Assembly: GCA_947575605.1 (NCBI GenBank)
Contig: CANPNZ010000008.1
Span: forward strand, 476 to 64,475
Reading direction: 5' to 3'
Source: an uncultured Clostridium sp.
Lineage (GTDB): Bacteria; Bacillota; Clostridia; TANB77; CAG-508
Length of the DNA stretch: 64,000 nt
The notes under the pieces were generated by a model. That model saw nothing but the letters and a program-made list of their open reading frames with translations. It had not been told where the DNA came from and ran no database searches. Positions 41,918 to 52,722 of this stretch are shown piece after piece. Position 1 is the stretch's first letter. Each line of letters begins with the position of its first letter. Made by a program: the position numbers and the translations under genes.

Positions 41918-42772
41918 ATGATACGTTTAGTAGCAAGTGATATAGATGGAACCATCATAGGAGAGAATAACATTTTATCAACACAAAATAGAAAAGCCAT
42001 AAATGATATGATGCAATCTAACATTAATTTTACCATATGTACAGGAAAACCGTATGCTATGGTTAAAAGATTTTGTGAAGACTTACACGCAAGTTATGGA
42101 ATTTTTGGCAATGGAAATCAAATTGTTGATTTAAAAACTGGAAAAGAAATTTTTAGAAAAACGTTAACAACAGAAGAAGTAAATACTTGTATTGCCATTG
42201 CTAAGAAAGAAAAGCTACATATCCATCTATATACAGAAAATGAGGTTATAACGCCTAAATTAATGTATATGGATTTAAGAAATTTTATTTTAAAAGATAG
42301 TCTATTTCACAATGATTTAAATTTTAAAATAGTTCCTAGTATAGAAAAATATATAAAAAAAGAAAATCCGACAGTTTTTAAATTAATCATCTCAAGTCCT
42401 TCTAGTGTAGAAAAATTAAAAAAAGAATTAGATGCTAAAATGAATTTAACGATTTATAGAATAGAAAAAGCAAAAGAATACAAAGATAGAATTATTAATA
42501 AAGAATATGAATATTTAGATATTACACCCAATAAAACTAATAAAAAAGAGGCTTTAGAGATTCTTTCAAAATATTTAGAAATTTCTTCTTCTGAGGTTAT
42601 GGCTATTGGTGATAATCTAAATGACATTGATATGATACAAAATTCTGGTATTGGTGTTGCAGTGGCAAATGCCTATGATGATGTAAAAAAAGTAGCTACT
42701 TATACGACAGCCAAGAGTGTAGATGATAGCGGTTTTGCAGAGGCAGTTTATAAATATATTTCTTTTCAATAA
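41918..42772 (+). CDS. Cof-type HAD-IIB hydrolase
   Basis: ASDIDGT, CTGK, NG, K..AL, AIGDNLNDIDM. Confidence 0.9.
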   Translation: MIRLVASDIDGTIIGENNILSTQNRKAINDMMQSNINFTICTGKPYAMVKRFCEDLHASYGIFGNGNQIVDLKTGKEIFRKTLTTEEVNTCIAIAKKEKLHIHLYTENEVITPKLMYMDLRNFILKDSLFHNDLNFKIVPSIEKYIKKENPTVFKLIISSPSSVEKLKKELDAKMNLTIYRIEKAKEYKDRIINKEYEYLDITPNKTNKKEALEILSKYLEISSSEVMAIGDNLNDIDMIQNSGIGVAVANAYDDVKKVATYTTAKSVDDSGFAEAVYKYISFQ

Positions 42773-42870
42773 ACAAATAAAAAAATCCTTTCATTTTAAG
42801 ACGTACTACATACGCATATTCACTTTTTAAAGTGAATACTATGATAGTAACAAATGGAGGGATTTATATT

Positions 42871-44163
42871 ATGCGTAGATTACAATTACTAATTTCTTTT
42901 TTTCTTATTTTTATATTTATTTTTGGCTTTACCATACCTTGTTTAGCAGAAGAAACGGCTTATGTATGGTCAAGTAGTTCGAATTCTGTTAATAGGCAAA
43001 GTAATACAGATGGTATGGATAGAGAAGCAGAAGTGGAGAATACAAACAATATGGTTGCTACTAATGCAGAGGAAGAAGCAAATCATAATTCCTTAAACCT
43101 AGAATCAGCATCTGCTATTTTGATCGAACAAACAACAGGGCAAGTTTTATATGAACATAATGCACATGAACCATTGCGTCCTGCTTCTGTTACCAAAGTA
43201 ATGAGTATTTTATTAATTATGGAAGCGATTGATAATGGGAGTCTTGCCTTAAGTGATGCGATTCCGTGTAGTGAAAATGCAGCTTCTATGGGGGGGTCAC
43301 AAATTTGGTTAGATCCGAGAGAAACTTTAACAGTTGACGAAATGTTAAAAGCTATTTGTGTAGCTTCTGCTAATGATTGCGTGGTAGCTATGGCAGAATA
43401 CATTGGTGGTTCGGAAGAAGCATTTGTTCAAATGATGAATGACAAAGCAAAAGAATTAGGAATGAAGGATACTACTTTTAAAAATTGTCATGGACTAGAT
43501 GAAGATGGTCATGTTACTTCTAGTTACGATATTGCCTTAATGTCTAAAGAATTGTTGAATCATCATCCGCAAATAACGAAATATACCACTATTTGGACAG
43601 ATAGTTTGCGTGATGGAAAATCAGAACTTACCAATACCAATAAATTGATTCGAACGTATAAGGGAGCAACTGGGTTAAAGACAGGTTCTACGGGATTGGC
43701 TTTATATAATTTATCAGCAAGTGCAACACGTGATGATTTATCTTTGATTGCTGTTATTATGAAAGCACCATCTACTAAAGTTCGTTTTGCAGAAGCACAA
43801 AAATTACTGGACTATGGCTTTAATACCTTTTGTTTTAAACAATTTGGAAAAAAAGAAGAAGTGGTGAAATCAATTTCAGTGAATAAAGGAGTCCGTAGTA
43901 AGGTAGATGCTATTTTGTCTGATAATGCAGGAACTCTAATTGAAAAAGGAAAAGACAAAAACATGGAACAAAATTTGACTTTAGATGATACAGTAACAGC
44001 CCCTATTTCAGCTGGTCAAAAATTGGGGGAAATTTCTTTTTCTTTAAATGGTCAAATATTGTCTACTGTTGATATTGTGGCTAAAAATGATGTGGAGAAA
44101 ATTAATTTGTTTACAATGTCTAAAAAAGTAATTTATTCTTGGATTGATTTGTTGAGAAGTTAA
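42871..44163 (+). CDS. D-alanyl-D-alanine carboxypeptidase (peptidase S11, DacF-like)
   Basis: PASVTK, SAND, HGL, KTG, PBP5 C-terminal domain; GGAGG RBS. Confidence 0.92.
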   Translation: MRRLQLLISFFLIFIFIFGFTIPCLAEETAYVWSSSSNSVNRQSNTDGMDREAEVENTNNMVATNAEEEANHNSLNLESASAILIEQTTGQVLYEHNAHEPLRPASVTKVMSILLIMEAIDNGSLALSDAIPCSENAASMGGSQIWLDPRETLTVDEMLKAICVASANDCVVAMAEYIGGSEEAFVQMMNDKAKELGMKDTTFKNCHGLDEDGHVTSSYDIALMSKELLNHHPQITKYTTIWTDSLRDGKSELTNTNKLIRTYKGATGLKTGSTGLALYNLSASATRDDLSLIAVIMKAPSTKVRFAEAQKLLDYGFNTFCFKQFGKKEEVVKSISVNKGVRSKVDAILSDNAGTLIEKGKDKNMEQNLTLDDTVTAPISAGQKLGEISFSLNGQILSTVDIVAKNDVEKINLFTMSKKVIYSWIDLLRS

Positions 44164-44182
44164 TTGGTTAATAGGAAAATAC

Positions 44183-44215
44183 AAAAAATACTCTCTTGGT
44201 AAGGGAGTATTTTTT
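44183..44215. terminator. Bidirectional terminator between convergent genes
   Basis: AAAAAATACTCTCTT/AAGGGAGTATTTTTT. Confidence 0.75.
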
Positions 44216-44219
44216 AAAA

Positions 44220-44937
44220 CTATTTAATAGAAACTAAAGTTGTTGTAACATTAGCTCCATCGGTAGAAGCCAATATTTTAATATCATAACCAGCATCATT
44301 TCTAAATTTTAAATCATAACTACCATAAGCAACAGCAGCATCTTTTCCTTTTTGAATATAAGGAACTTTATTGCTATGAGCATGTCTTTCGGTAACGACT
44401 AAACTAGGAACCGCTAGAATAGCATTATAGAGAGTTGAACTGATTTGACAATTTCCGTCCACCTAATCCTTTTTTCTTATTCCCATTTTTATCAAAAATA
44501 TCCGCTTTTTGATAGCCTTTGCTAGTAGAAGCTTGACCTACGGTACCACAAAAAGAAAAAGTTTCGCCATTTTTTACAATGGTTCCATTTAAAGTATTAC
44601 AAGTAATAGAAATATTGTTTTGACGAGCAGAGTCACTTGAATAGATTTTGGTTGTAAAAGTAGCAATTTGTTCTTCTGTAACAGGAGGAGGCGTGTTTTC
44701 GGCTTCTGCTATCCCTTGTCTTACTTCATTTGTAGAATTCGTCTCAGAATTTTCTGCTTCTGGGTTAGAAGTATTTTCTCCTGTTTCATTTGTAGTATTG
44801 GTAGCAGAGGTTCGATTTGCCTCATAATTATCTTCTTTATTAGAAGAATCCGTATTTCTAAAGTAAATGAAAATTCCTATTCCTATTAAGGCAGCAGCTA
44901 CAATGACTGCTATTATTATCCAACTTTTTTTGTTCAT
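44220..44937 (-). CDS. VanW family protein; +1 shift at CGG 44455-44457
   Basis: R..NI, GETFSF, GY..A, then GLGG joined to GNCQISSTLYNA, ERH.HS, DA.VAYG..DLKF.N. Confidence 0.9.
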
Positions 44938-45050
44938 TTTAAATCACCAAAGATAGTGTAACCAAAATTGTATGAAATTATTGACATTTTTAAAAAATAA
45001 AAGTATAATTAATGGTGTAGTATTATTTTATTTTAAAAAGGAGAAAAATC

Positions 45051-45215
45051 ATGTTAAAAAGATATTGGAAAAGAATAGGAATGATTATTTTGATTGTAGC
45101 TTGTATTTTTAATGTGATGGGCAAATTAATTCATAAACTCTCAATCAATAAAGAAATGCTATATTCGGCTCAATATATGAATGAAGAACAACAAAATGAA
45201 GAAAATCAAAAATAA
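45051..45215 (+). CDS. Small 54-aa membrane-anchored protein
   Basis: AAGGAG RBS, promoter-like TTGACA..TATAAT, MLKRYWKRIGMIILIVACIF... Confidence 0.6.
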   Translation: MLKRYWKRIGMIILIVACIFNVMGKLIHKLSINKEMLYSAQYMNEEQQNEENQK

Positions 45216-45293
45216 TACTTGAAAAATGAAAAAAAATATGTTAATATAAAAAACAGTCAAATTATTTTAACACGAGAAAGAGGTGAACTGGAA

Positions 45294-45494
45294 ATGAAAG
45301 AAGGAATCCATCCAAATTATAATCAAACAACAATCACATGTGCATGTGGTAATGTTTTAGAAGTTGGATCAACCAAAAAAGATTTAAAAGTAGACGTATG
45401 CTCAAAATGTCATCCATACTGGACAGGTAATTTAAGACAAGAAACAGTTGGTGGTAGAGCAGATAAATTTAAGAAAAAATACGGTCTTGCGTAA
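45294..45494 (+). CDS. rpmE: 50S ribosomal protein L31 (zinc-binding type)
   Basis: [25 protein letters not shown]. Confidence 0.96.
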   Translation: MKEGIHPNYNQTTITCACGNVLEVGSTKKDLKVDVCSKCHPYWTGNLRQETVGGRADKFKKKYGLA

Positions 45495-45549
45495 TAAAAT
45501 TAAAAATGGGCTGAATTTTCTCAGCCCGATTTATTTATTTCAAAATATT

Positions 45550-46224
45550 TTATTTTTGTCCTTTTTGTATTTTTTGAATATCCTCATCTGTAATATAATC
45601 ATAAATAGCTAATTTAATTTTTTTATTGGTTAGAGGTAAAAGAATAGAACCTTTAGGTGTCAGGAATAGCGGATAATTGAAAGATTGCATAAACAATTCA
45701 ACATTTCTATTATTATTAGAATCATAGCCATAGCCAATTTCTGTAAAATTATTTTGTTCGTCTTTTATAAAAAGCAAAACATAAGGTCTAAAGTTATGAT
45801 TCCTATCCAAAATTTCATAAGTAGCTAAATACAAATTTTCTAATTCTATGTTTTCTATGGTAAAATGTTTACTATATTTAATATCTAAAAGATTCATTTT
45901 TCGGCTATCTTCATGCATAAAATTATAATCTGCTAATTCTTTAACAGGAGTACGTTCAAATCCATCTAAAAAATATAAGTTAATTGTGTTTCCTAAGTCA
46001 TAATCAATATAACTCTTCATATCTAATTTTCCCCATAAAGAAATTAAATCTTCATTATATTTTTTCTTTTTATTATTTTCTAACAGTTCTAAGATATATA
46101 AATTTTCGAAATAGTTATAATCAACGGTAGTGGCAAAACGTCCCTTTTTGTATAATTGGGTATAGTCATACTGATAGGTTCTTTTACTTTTATGGCTTTT
46201 TAATAAAGAATCAAATTTCCCCAT
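45550..46224 (-). CDS. Hypothetical protein
   Basis: 224-aa ORF with AAAGGA RBS. Confidence 0.65.
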   Translation of the reverse strand: MGKFDSLLKSHKSKRTYQYDYTQLYKKGRFATTVDYNYFENLYILELLENNKKKKYNEDLISLWGKLDMKSYIDYDLGNTINLYFLDGFERTPVKELADYNFMHEDSRKMNLLDIKYSKHFTIENIELENLYLATYEILDRNHNFRPYVLLFIKDEQNNFTEIGYGYDSNNNRNVELFMQSFNYPLFLTPKGSILLPLTNKKIKLAIYDYITDEDIQKIQKGQK

Positions 46225-46269
46225 CGCTTTTCCTTTCTATGAATGTGAATGGTTTATAATCTATATTTT

Positions 46270-46483
46270 ATTACAATTTACAGTTAAAATAAATACTAAC
46301 AAAAATTTATTAGTATTTTTATAAAATAACTCCCAACTACATAATAGACTGTAAATCAAATTTTATTAAAAAATTTAATAAAATTTGATAACATTCTATA
46401 ATTTGTTGGTCCCCCCGAATTGTTATTTTATAAAAATATAATAAATTTTGTAGATAAAAATAAATCTAGCTGTGAATTCTAAC
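46270..46483. mobile_element. Longest MITE-like copy with TIRs, containing a GGTCCCCCC motif
   Basis: TTACAATTTACAG...CTGTGAATTCTAAC; internal TTGTTGGTCCCCCCGAATTGT whose reverse complement recurs at about 51248-51268. Confidence 0.7.
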
Positions 46484-46575
46484 TATATTATACCACGAAA
46501 TCGAAAAACTACAACAAATTCCTTGCAAAATGTAGAAAAATGTAATAAAATAATCAAGTATAATGGAGGGATAAA

Positions 46576-47988
46576 GTGGATACATCAAATGAGATAAAAT
46601 GGCAAGAACAATACATAGAAAAAGTAAAAAAAATCAACCAAAATAGAATATTAAAATATACCATTTTAACAATGGGCTGCCAATTAAATGAAAATGACTC
46701 TGAAAAGTTATGTGGTATGTTAGAAAAAATGGGATATGAAAAAACAGATAATCAAAAAGAGGCAGATTTAGCATTATTTAATACTTGTTGTGTTAGAGAA
46801 AATGCGGAAGATAAGCTGTTTGGAAAATTAGGAGAATTAAAAAGATTAAAAGAAGAAAAAGGTATTATCATTGCAATTGGTGGCTGTATGATGCAAGAAA
46901 AACATATTACAGACAAAATCAAAGAAAGTTATCCATTTGTTGATATTTTATTTGGAACTCACACCTTACACAAATTTCCAGAAAATTTATATAAAACATT
47001 AGAAGAAAAAAGAAAGTTAGAAGATATTATTGATATAGAGGGAAAAATCTATGAAGGATTACCCATTAAAAGAGATAGTCATATAAAGGCTTCTGTTACT
47101 ATTATGAATGGATGTAATAATTTTTGCAGTTATTGTATTGTGCCTTATGTTCGAGGAAGAGAAAGAAGTAGACAACCTAGAGATATTATGAAGGAAGTAA
47201 AAGAATTAGCTAAGCACGGTTATCAAGAAATTACCTTATTAGGTCAAAATGTGAATTCTTATTTGAAAGTAGAACAAGAAAAAGGGATTGAATTTGAACC
47301 ATATGAAGAAATTAATTCTTTTGCCACTCTATTAAAAGCCATTAATAAGATAGAGGGGATTCAAAGAATACGTTTTATTTCACCTCATCCAAAAGATTTT
47401 ACAGAAGATGTAATGGAAGCGATTGGTAGTTGTGATAAAGTGTGTAAATTGGTACACTTGCCATTACAATCAGGAAATAGCAAAGTGTTAAAAGAAATGA
47501 ATCGAAAATATACCAAAGAACAATATTTGACTTTAGTAGAAAAAATGAAAGAAAAGATACCAAAATTAACCTTATCAACTGATATTATTGTTGGATTTCC
47601 AGGAGAAACAGAGGAAGAATTTGAAGATACTTTAGATGTGGTAAGAAAAGTGAAGTTTGAACAAGTTTATATGTTTATTTATTCAAGAAGAGTGGGAACA
47701 CCAGGTGATAAAATGGAGAATCAAGTGCCAGAAGAAGAAAAACATAAAAGATTTGAACGATTAAAAGCTTTGGTGGAAAGTCAAATAGCGGAAAATAATC
47801 AAAAATATGTAGGAACCATACAAAAAGTTTTAGTCGAAGGGGAGAGTAAAAACAATAAAGATTTACTAACAGGAAGAACAGATAGTAATAAGGTAGTTAT
47901 TTTTGAGGGAAATAAGGATTTGATTGGTACGATACAAGAGTTAAGAATTGTTTCGGAGCATATGTGGTATTTAAGAGGTGAAGTATAG
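46576..47988 (+). CDS. miaB: tRNA-2-methylthio-N6-dimethylallyladenosine synthase
   Basis: GCQLNE.DSE, NTCCVRENA, GCNNFCSYCIVP, TRAM domain. Confidence 0.96.
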   Translation: MDTSNEIKWQEQYIEKVKKINQNRILKYTILTMGCQLNENDSEKLCGMLEKMGYEKTDNQKEADLALFNTCCVRENAEDKLFGKLGELKRLKEEKGIIIAIGGCMMQEKHITDKIKESYPFVDILFGTHTLHKFPENLYKTLEEKRKLEDIIDIEGKIYEGLPIKRDSHIKASVTIMNGCNNFCSYCIVPYVRGRERSRQPRDIMKEVKELAKHGYQEITLLGQNVNSYLKVEQEKGIEFEPYEEINSFATLLKAINKIEGIQRIRFISPHPKDFTEDVMEAIGSCDKVCKLVHLPLQSGNSKVLKEMNRKYTKEQYLTLVEKMKEKIPKLTLSTDIIVGFPGETEEEFEDTLDVVRKVKFEQVYMFIYSRRVGTPGDKMENQVPEEEKHKRFERLKALVESQIAENNQKYVGTIQKVLVEGESKNNKDLLTGRTDSNKVVIFEGNKDLIGTIQELRIVSEHMWYLRGEV

Positions 47989-48576
47989 TTGAATGATGTA
48001 CAGTGGGAAGCTTTTATAAGAAGTGTAGTACAAAAAGGAAAAAAATGCAATTTAAAACAAATATGTCAAGAAAAACAAGTAGGTTTAAATACATTATATA
48101 GAAAAGTAAGAAAATTAAGAGAAAAAAATTTAGAATTATATGATGAATTTATTTCTTTACATCCTTATAAACCAAGAGATACACAAGGAATTGATTTTGA
48201 ACAATTAATGAGAGAAGCTATTCTTACAGGAATTTCACAAAATAATATGGAGAAAAAATATAACGTTTCTAAGAGGACAATACAAAGAAAATTTGCTAAA
48301 ATAGAACAAGACAATTTTTATTTATATCGTATTTATCAATTGTATATAGATGCCACAAAAAATAATCAACAATTAGATTATAGAATTTTGGAAGAAGTAG
48401 CATCAGAATATGTACCACAACAAATTAAGTCAGAATATGAGAAATTAGAATGTAGAAGAAATCAATTTATCCAATCGTTAAAAGAAACAGAAAATGCACA
48501 AACAAGAAAACATTATCAAGAAGAAATTCAAAGAGTAACAAATCAAATAGAAAAAATAAGAGAAAAAGGTAGGTAA
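47989..48576 (+). CDS. Hypothetical protein with two putative HTH segments
   Basis: LKQICQEKQVGLNTLYRKV and MEKKYNVSKRTIQRKF. Confidence 0.6.
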   Translation: MNDVQWEAFIRSVVQKGKKCNLKQICQEKQVGLNTLYRKVRKLREKNLELYDEFISLHPYKPRDTQGIDFEQLMREAILTGISQNNMEKKYNVSKRTIQRKFAKIEQDNFYLYRIYQLYIDATKNNQQLDYRILEEVASEYVPQQIKSEYEKLECRRNQFIQSLKETENAQTRKHYQEEIQRVTNQIEKIREKGR

Positions 48577-48581
48577 AATAT

Positions 48582-51197
48582 ATGGCAGAATACTCACCAA
48601 TGATGCAAAAATATCTTGAAACCAAAGAAGAATACAAAGACTGTATCCTATTTTATCGACTAGGAGACTTTTATGAAATGTTCTTTGATGATGCTATATT
48701 AGTGGCAAGAGAGCTAGAAATAACATTAACAGGGAAAGAATGCGGGCAAGAAGAAAGAGCACCAATGGCGGGAGTACCACATCATGCAGCAGAAATGTAT
48801 ATAGCCAAATTAGTAAACAAAGGATATAAGGTGGCTATTTGCGAGCAATTAGAAGATCCAAAAGAGACAAAAGGAATTGTCAAAAGAGGAGTTGTCCGTG
48901 TTGTAACGCCAGGAACAGTCGTAGAAAGTAATATGTTAGAGGAAAGAAAAAACAATTATATCATGTCTGTTTTTAAAGCTGGTATCTATTTTGGAATCAG
49001 TGTATGTGACATATCCACAGGAGAATTTTATTCGGCAGAAATTAAAGACAACAACAACTTTCCTATGTTATTAGATGAAATCGCAAGATATACGCCATCT
49101 GAATTAGTAGTTAATTCCATGATGGCAGACAGTACAGAAGAAATTGACAAAATAAAAGAGAGATTTGACAATATATATATTACAAAATTTAATGACAATT
49201 TCTTTACCAGTGAAGTAGAAAACTTAGAACTAAGATTTAACATTGTTGATAATAGAGATAAAAAAATAGAAAATTTTGCAGATAAAACCTTGTCTATTAG
49301 TGCCATTCATGCCCTAGTCGAATATATGGAACAAACACAAAAAACAACACTAGACCATATTAACAAAATAATTGTATATTCCTTGTCTAGATATATGGCA
49401 TTAGACATCAACGCTAGAAGAAATTTAGAAATAACAGAAAAATTAAGAGACAAATCCAAAAAAGGAACCTTACTATGGGTATTAGATAAAACATCTACTT
49501 CTATGGGAGGAAGATGTTTAAGAAGATGGTTGAGTGATCCATTGATAGATGTTTTAGAAATTAATCGAAGACTAGATGCCGTAAAAGAATTGAAAGAGGA
49601 TGTCATGTTAAGAGGGGATATCACAGAAAATCTAAAAAAAGTATATGATATAGAACGTCTAGCAGGTAAAATGGCTTATGGAAATGCGAATGCTAGAGAT
49701 ATGATAACTTTAAAAAATTCTTTATTAAAATTACCAGAGCTAAAAAGAAGTTTAGCTAACTGTAAAACAGACTTACTAAAAGATTTAGCAGAAAATTTAG
49801 ATGAATTACAAGATATGTATCAACTAATTGAAGGAGCTATTATTGAAGAACCACCAATGACAATTAAAGAAGGCGGTATTATCAAACTAGGTTATGATGA
49901 AGAAATTGATACGTTAAAAACCGCACAAACAGAAGGAAAGAATTGGTTAGTTCAATTAGAATTAGACGAAAGAGAAAAAACAGGTATCAAAAACTTAAAG
50001 ATAGGTTTTAATAAAGTATTTGGTTATTTCATTGAAGTTACCAAATCCTATTTAAGCCAAGTACCAGAGCGATATGTTAGAAAACAAACCTTAACCAATG
50101 CGGAAAGATACATCACAGAAGAGTTGAAAAATTTGGAAAATCAAATATTAGGAGCAGAAGAAAAAGTAGTAAATTTAGAATATGAAGCTTTTGTTCAAAT
50201 TAGAGACGAGATTGCCAAAAATGTAAAAAGACTACAAAAAAGTAGTGAAGTAGTGTCTAATTTAGATGTTTTGACTTCTTTTGCAGAAGTGGCAGAAGAT
50301 ATGAACTATTGTATGCCAGAGGTAAATAGTTCGGGAACTATCTCGATTCAAAATGGAAGACATCCTGTGATAGAAAAGATACTAGGACCAGGAAGCTTTG
50401 TAGAAAATGATACGTATTTGGATAAACAAGAAAATAGATTATCTATCATTACAGGACCTAATATGGCTGGTAAATCTACTTATATGCGACAAGTAGCCTT
50501 AATTACTCTAATGGCACAAGTAGGAAGTTTTGTACCAGCAGAAACTGCTAAAATTGGAGTGGTTGATAAGATTTTTACAAGAGTGGGAGCATCTGACGAT
50601 CTAAGTATGGGACAAAGTACCTTTATGGTAGAAATGATGGAAGTAGCGACGATATTAAAAGAGGCAACTAGCAATAGCTTAGTTATTTTAGACGAAATTG
50701 GAAGAGGAACTTCTACCTATGATGGTTTATCAATTGCATGGGCTGTGGCGGAATTTATTGCTGATAAAGAAAAGTGTGGAGCTAAAACCTTATTTGCGAC
50801 CCATTATCACGAATTAACAGAATTAGAAGATAAATTAGAAGGAATTAAAAATTATTCCATTGCGGTAAAAGAAAAGGGTGAGGATATTATATTCTTACGA
50901 AAAATCGTAAGAGGTGGAACGGATGAAAGTTATGGAATTCATGTAGCACGTTTGGCTGGTGTGCCTAAAACAGTAACACAAAAAGCAGATGAAATTTTGC
51001 GTTCTTTAGAAAGAAAAAATATCTTGACAGGTCAAAAACAAAATAAAGAACAGAAGAAACAAGTGGATGGTCAATTTGATATGTATAATTATAAGTTGGC
51101 TGAGATTGCTCATGAGGTGGACAAGATTAATTTGAATGAACTGACCCCCATTGATGCTTTAAATACGTTAGTTCATATCAAAGAAAAAATGAAGTAG
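48582..51197 (+). CDS. mutS: DNA mismatch repair protein MutS
   Basis: SPMMQKY, GDFYEMF, TGPNMAGKSTYMRQ, DEIGRGTST, FATHYHEL. Confidence 0.98.
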   Translation: MAEYSPMMQKYLETKEEYKDCILFYRLGDFYEMFFDDAILVARELEITLTGKECGQEERAPMAGVPHHAAEMYIAKLVNKGYKVAICEQLEDPKETKGIVKRGVVRVVTPGTVVESNMLEERKNNYIMSVFKAGIYFGISVCDISTGEFYSAEIKDNNNFPMLLDEIARYTPSELVVNSMMADSTEEIDKIKERFDNIYITKFNDNFFTSEVENLELRFNIVDNRDKKIENFADKTLSISAIHALVEYMEQTQKTTLDHINKIIVYSLSRYMALDINARRNLEITEKLRDKSKKGTLLWVLDKTSTSMGGRCLRRWLSDPLIDVLEINRRLDAVKELKEDVMLRGDITENLKKVYDIERLAGKMAYGNANARDMITLKNSLLKLPELKRSLANCKTDLLKDLAENLDELQDMYQLIEGAIIEEPPMTIKEGGIIKLGYDEEIDTLKTAQTEGKNWLVQLELDEREKTGIKNLKIGFNKVFGYFIEVTKSYLSQVPERYVRKQTLTNAERYITEELKNLENQILGAEEKVVNLEYEAFVQIRDEIAKNVKRLQKSSEVVSNLDVLTSFAEVAEDMNYCMPEVNSSGTISIQNGRHPVIEKILGPGSFVENDTYLDKQENRLSIITGPNMAGKSTYMRQVALITLMAQVGSFVPAETAKIGVVDKIFTRVGASDDLSMGQSTFMVEMMEVATILKEATSNSLVILDEIGRGTSTYDGLSIAWAVAEFIADKEKCGAKTLFATHYHELTELEDKLEGIKNYSIAVKEKGEDIIFLRKIVRGGTDESYGIHVARLAGVPKTVTQKADEILRSLERKNILTGQKQNKEQKKQVDGQFDMYNYKLAEIAHEVDKINLNELTPIDALNTLVHIKEKMK

Positions 51198-51377
51198 TAA
51201 CTAACTATAAACATATTTTTGCAAGTATATTATGTTTTTTATCAGTGACAATTCGGGGGGACCAACAAGTTACAGTCTGTTATGAAATTACAGACTGTTC
51301 GTAGTTGGGAGTCACAAAGAAAAAACATAATATACTTGGAAAAAATAAAATATTTTAGGTAAAGGACGGAGTTTAAA

Positions 51378-51914
51378 ATGTCAAAAAATAAGAAAATTAT
51401 ATTAGGAGCATTATTGCTAGCTATGATAATAATATTATCAAGATTTTTATCCATTAAAACACCAATTGTAACGATAGGTTTCGCTTTTGTGCCAAGTATA
51501 TTATGTGCGATATGGTTAGGTCCCAAATGGTCAATTTTAATTAGTGTACTTGCGGATTTAATAGGAGCTACTTTATTTCCTTTTGGATCGTTTTTTATAG
51601 GATATACCATTACAACAGCAGTGGCAGCAGCTATTTATGGATTTCTATTATATAAAAAAGAAGAGGATACCTATACAGACAAACAATTTGTATTAAGAAT
51701 GATATTAGCCGTTGTATTAGTTACTGTAATTGCTAATATTGGTTTAAATACTTTATGGTTAAGTATTACGACGGGGAAAGCATTTATGGTATTGATGGCT
51801 TCCAGAATTGTCAAAGAATTAGTGATGGTACCAATTAAAATTATTATGATGATTTTTTTAGAAAGAGTATTGAGAAAACCATTTAATCAATATATAAGAG
51901 GCGAAAATGATTAG
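51378..51914 (+). CDS. folT: Folate family ECF transporter S component
   Basis: LSRFLSI.TP, GF.F.P, GP.W, ADLIGA.LFP.G.FF.GYT, LNTLWL. Confidence 0.85.
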   Translation: MSKNKKIILGALLLAMIIILSRFLSIKTPIVTIGFAFVPSILCAIWLGPKWSILISVLADLIGATLFPFGSFFIGYTITTAVAAAIYGFLLYKKEEDTYTDKQFVLRMILAVVLVTVIANIGLNTLWLSITTGKAFMVLMASRIVKELVMVPIKIIMMIFLERVLRKPFNQYIRGEND

Positions 51915-52722
51915 TATTAAAGAGGTAAGTTATCATTATATAAAAGGGAAAGAAATATTAAAACCGATTAATTTGGAGATACAAGAAAAAGAAACTGTTG
52001 TCATTATGGGAAAAAATGGTTCTGGCAAATCGACTTTAGGAAAGTTAATTTCAGGAATTATGAAACCTAAAAAAGGAAAAATTTTGATAGACAATTTGGA
52101 TATGGCTGATAAAAAAAACAAAGAACAAATCCATCAAAAGATAGGAATTGTATTTCAGAATCCAGAAAACCAGATTATTTTTAATAATATACAAGACGAA
52201 GTATCATTTGCCTTGAAGGGATTGGACAAAGAAGAGATAAAAAGACGTATTGAAGATTCTTTACAACAAGTGAATATGAAAGACAAAGAAAAAGAAGATT
52301 TATACGAATTATCGTTGGGGCAAAAACAAAGAATTATGATTAGTGAGATTCTTGCGAAACAACCGAAATATATTGTATTTGACGAACCAACTACCATGAT
52401 TGATAGCAAAGGAAAAGAAGAAATTTATCAAATTATAGAGAATTTAAAACAAGAGGGCTATACTATAATATTGATAACCAACATGGCAGAAGAAATGTTG
52501 TTAGCAGATCGAATTATTATATTAAGTGATGGCGAGATAGTGGAAGAAATTAGAAAAGAAGAATTATTCAATAAGCTAGATGTATTTGAACAATATGATA
52601 TTAAAATTCCAATGGTATTAGAAATCATACAAAAGTTAAAACAAGAAGGAATTGAAATCAAGGTAACAAATTATTCGATTAATGAATTAGTTAATCAATT
52701 AAAGGAAATAATAAAACGATGA
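51907..52722 (+). CDS. ecfA: ECF transporter ATPase
   Basis: GKNGSGKST, VFQNPENQ, LSLGQKQR, DEPT. Confidence 0.9.
   Translation: MISIKEVSYHYIKGKEILKPINLEIQEKETVVIMGKNGSGKSTLGKLISGIMKPKKGKILIDNLDMADKKNKEQIHQKIGIVFQNPENQIIFNNIQDEVSFALKGLDKEEIKRRIEDSLQQVNMKDKEKEDLYELSLGQKQRIMISEILAKQPKYIVFDEPTTMIDSKGKEEIYQIIENLKQEGYTIILITNMAEEMLLADRIIILSDGEIVEEIRKEELFNKLDVFEQYDIKIPMVLEIIQKLKQEGIEIKVTNYSINELVNQLKEIIKR

Noticed and set aside
51240-51370. THF riboswitch upstream of folT
   Set aside because: Only a short hairpin (CAGTCTGT...ACAGACTG) and a repeat fragment are visible; the THF aptamer consensus was not recognised.
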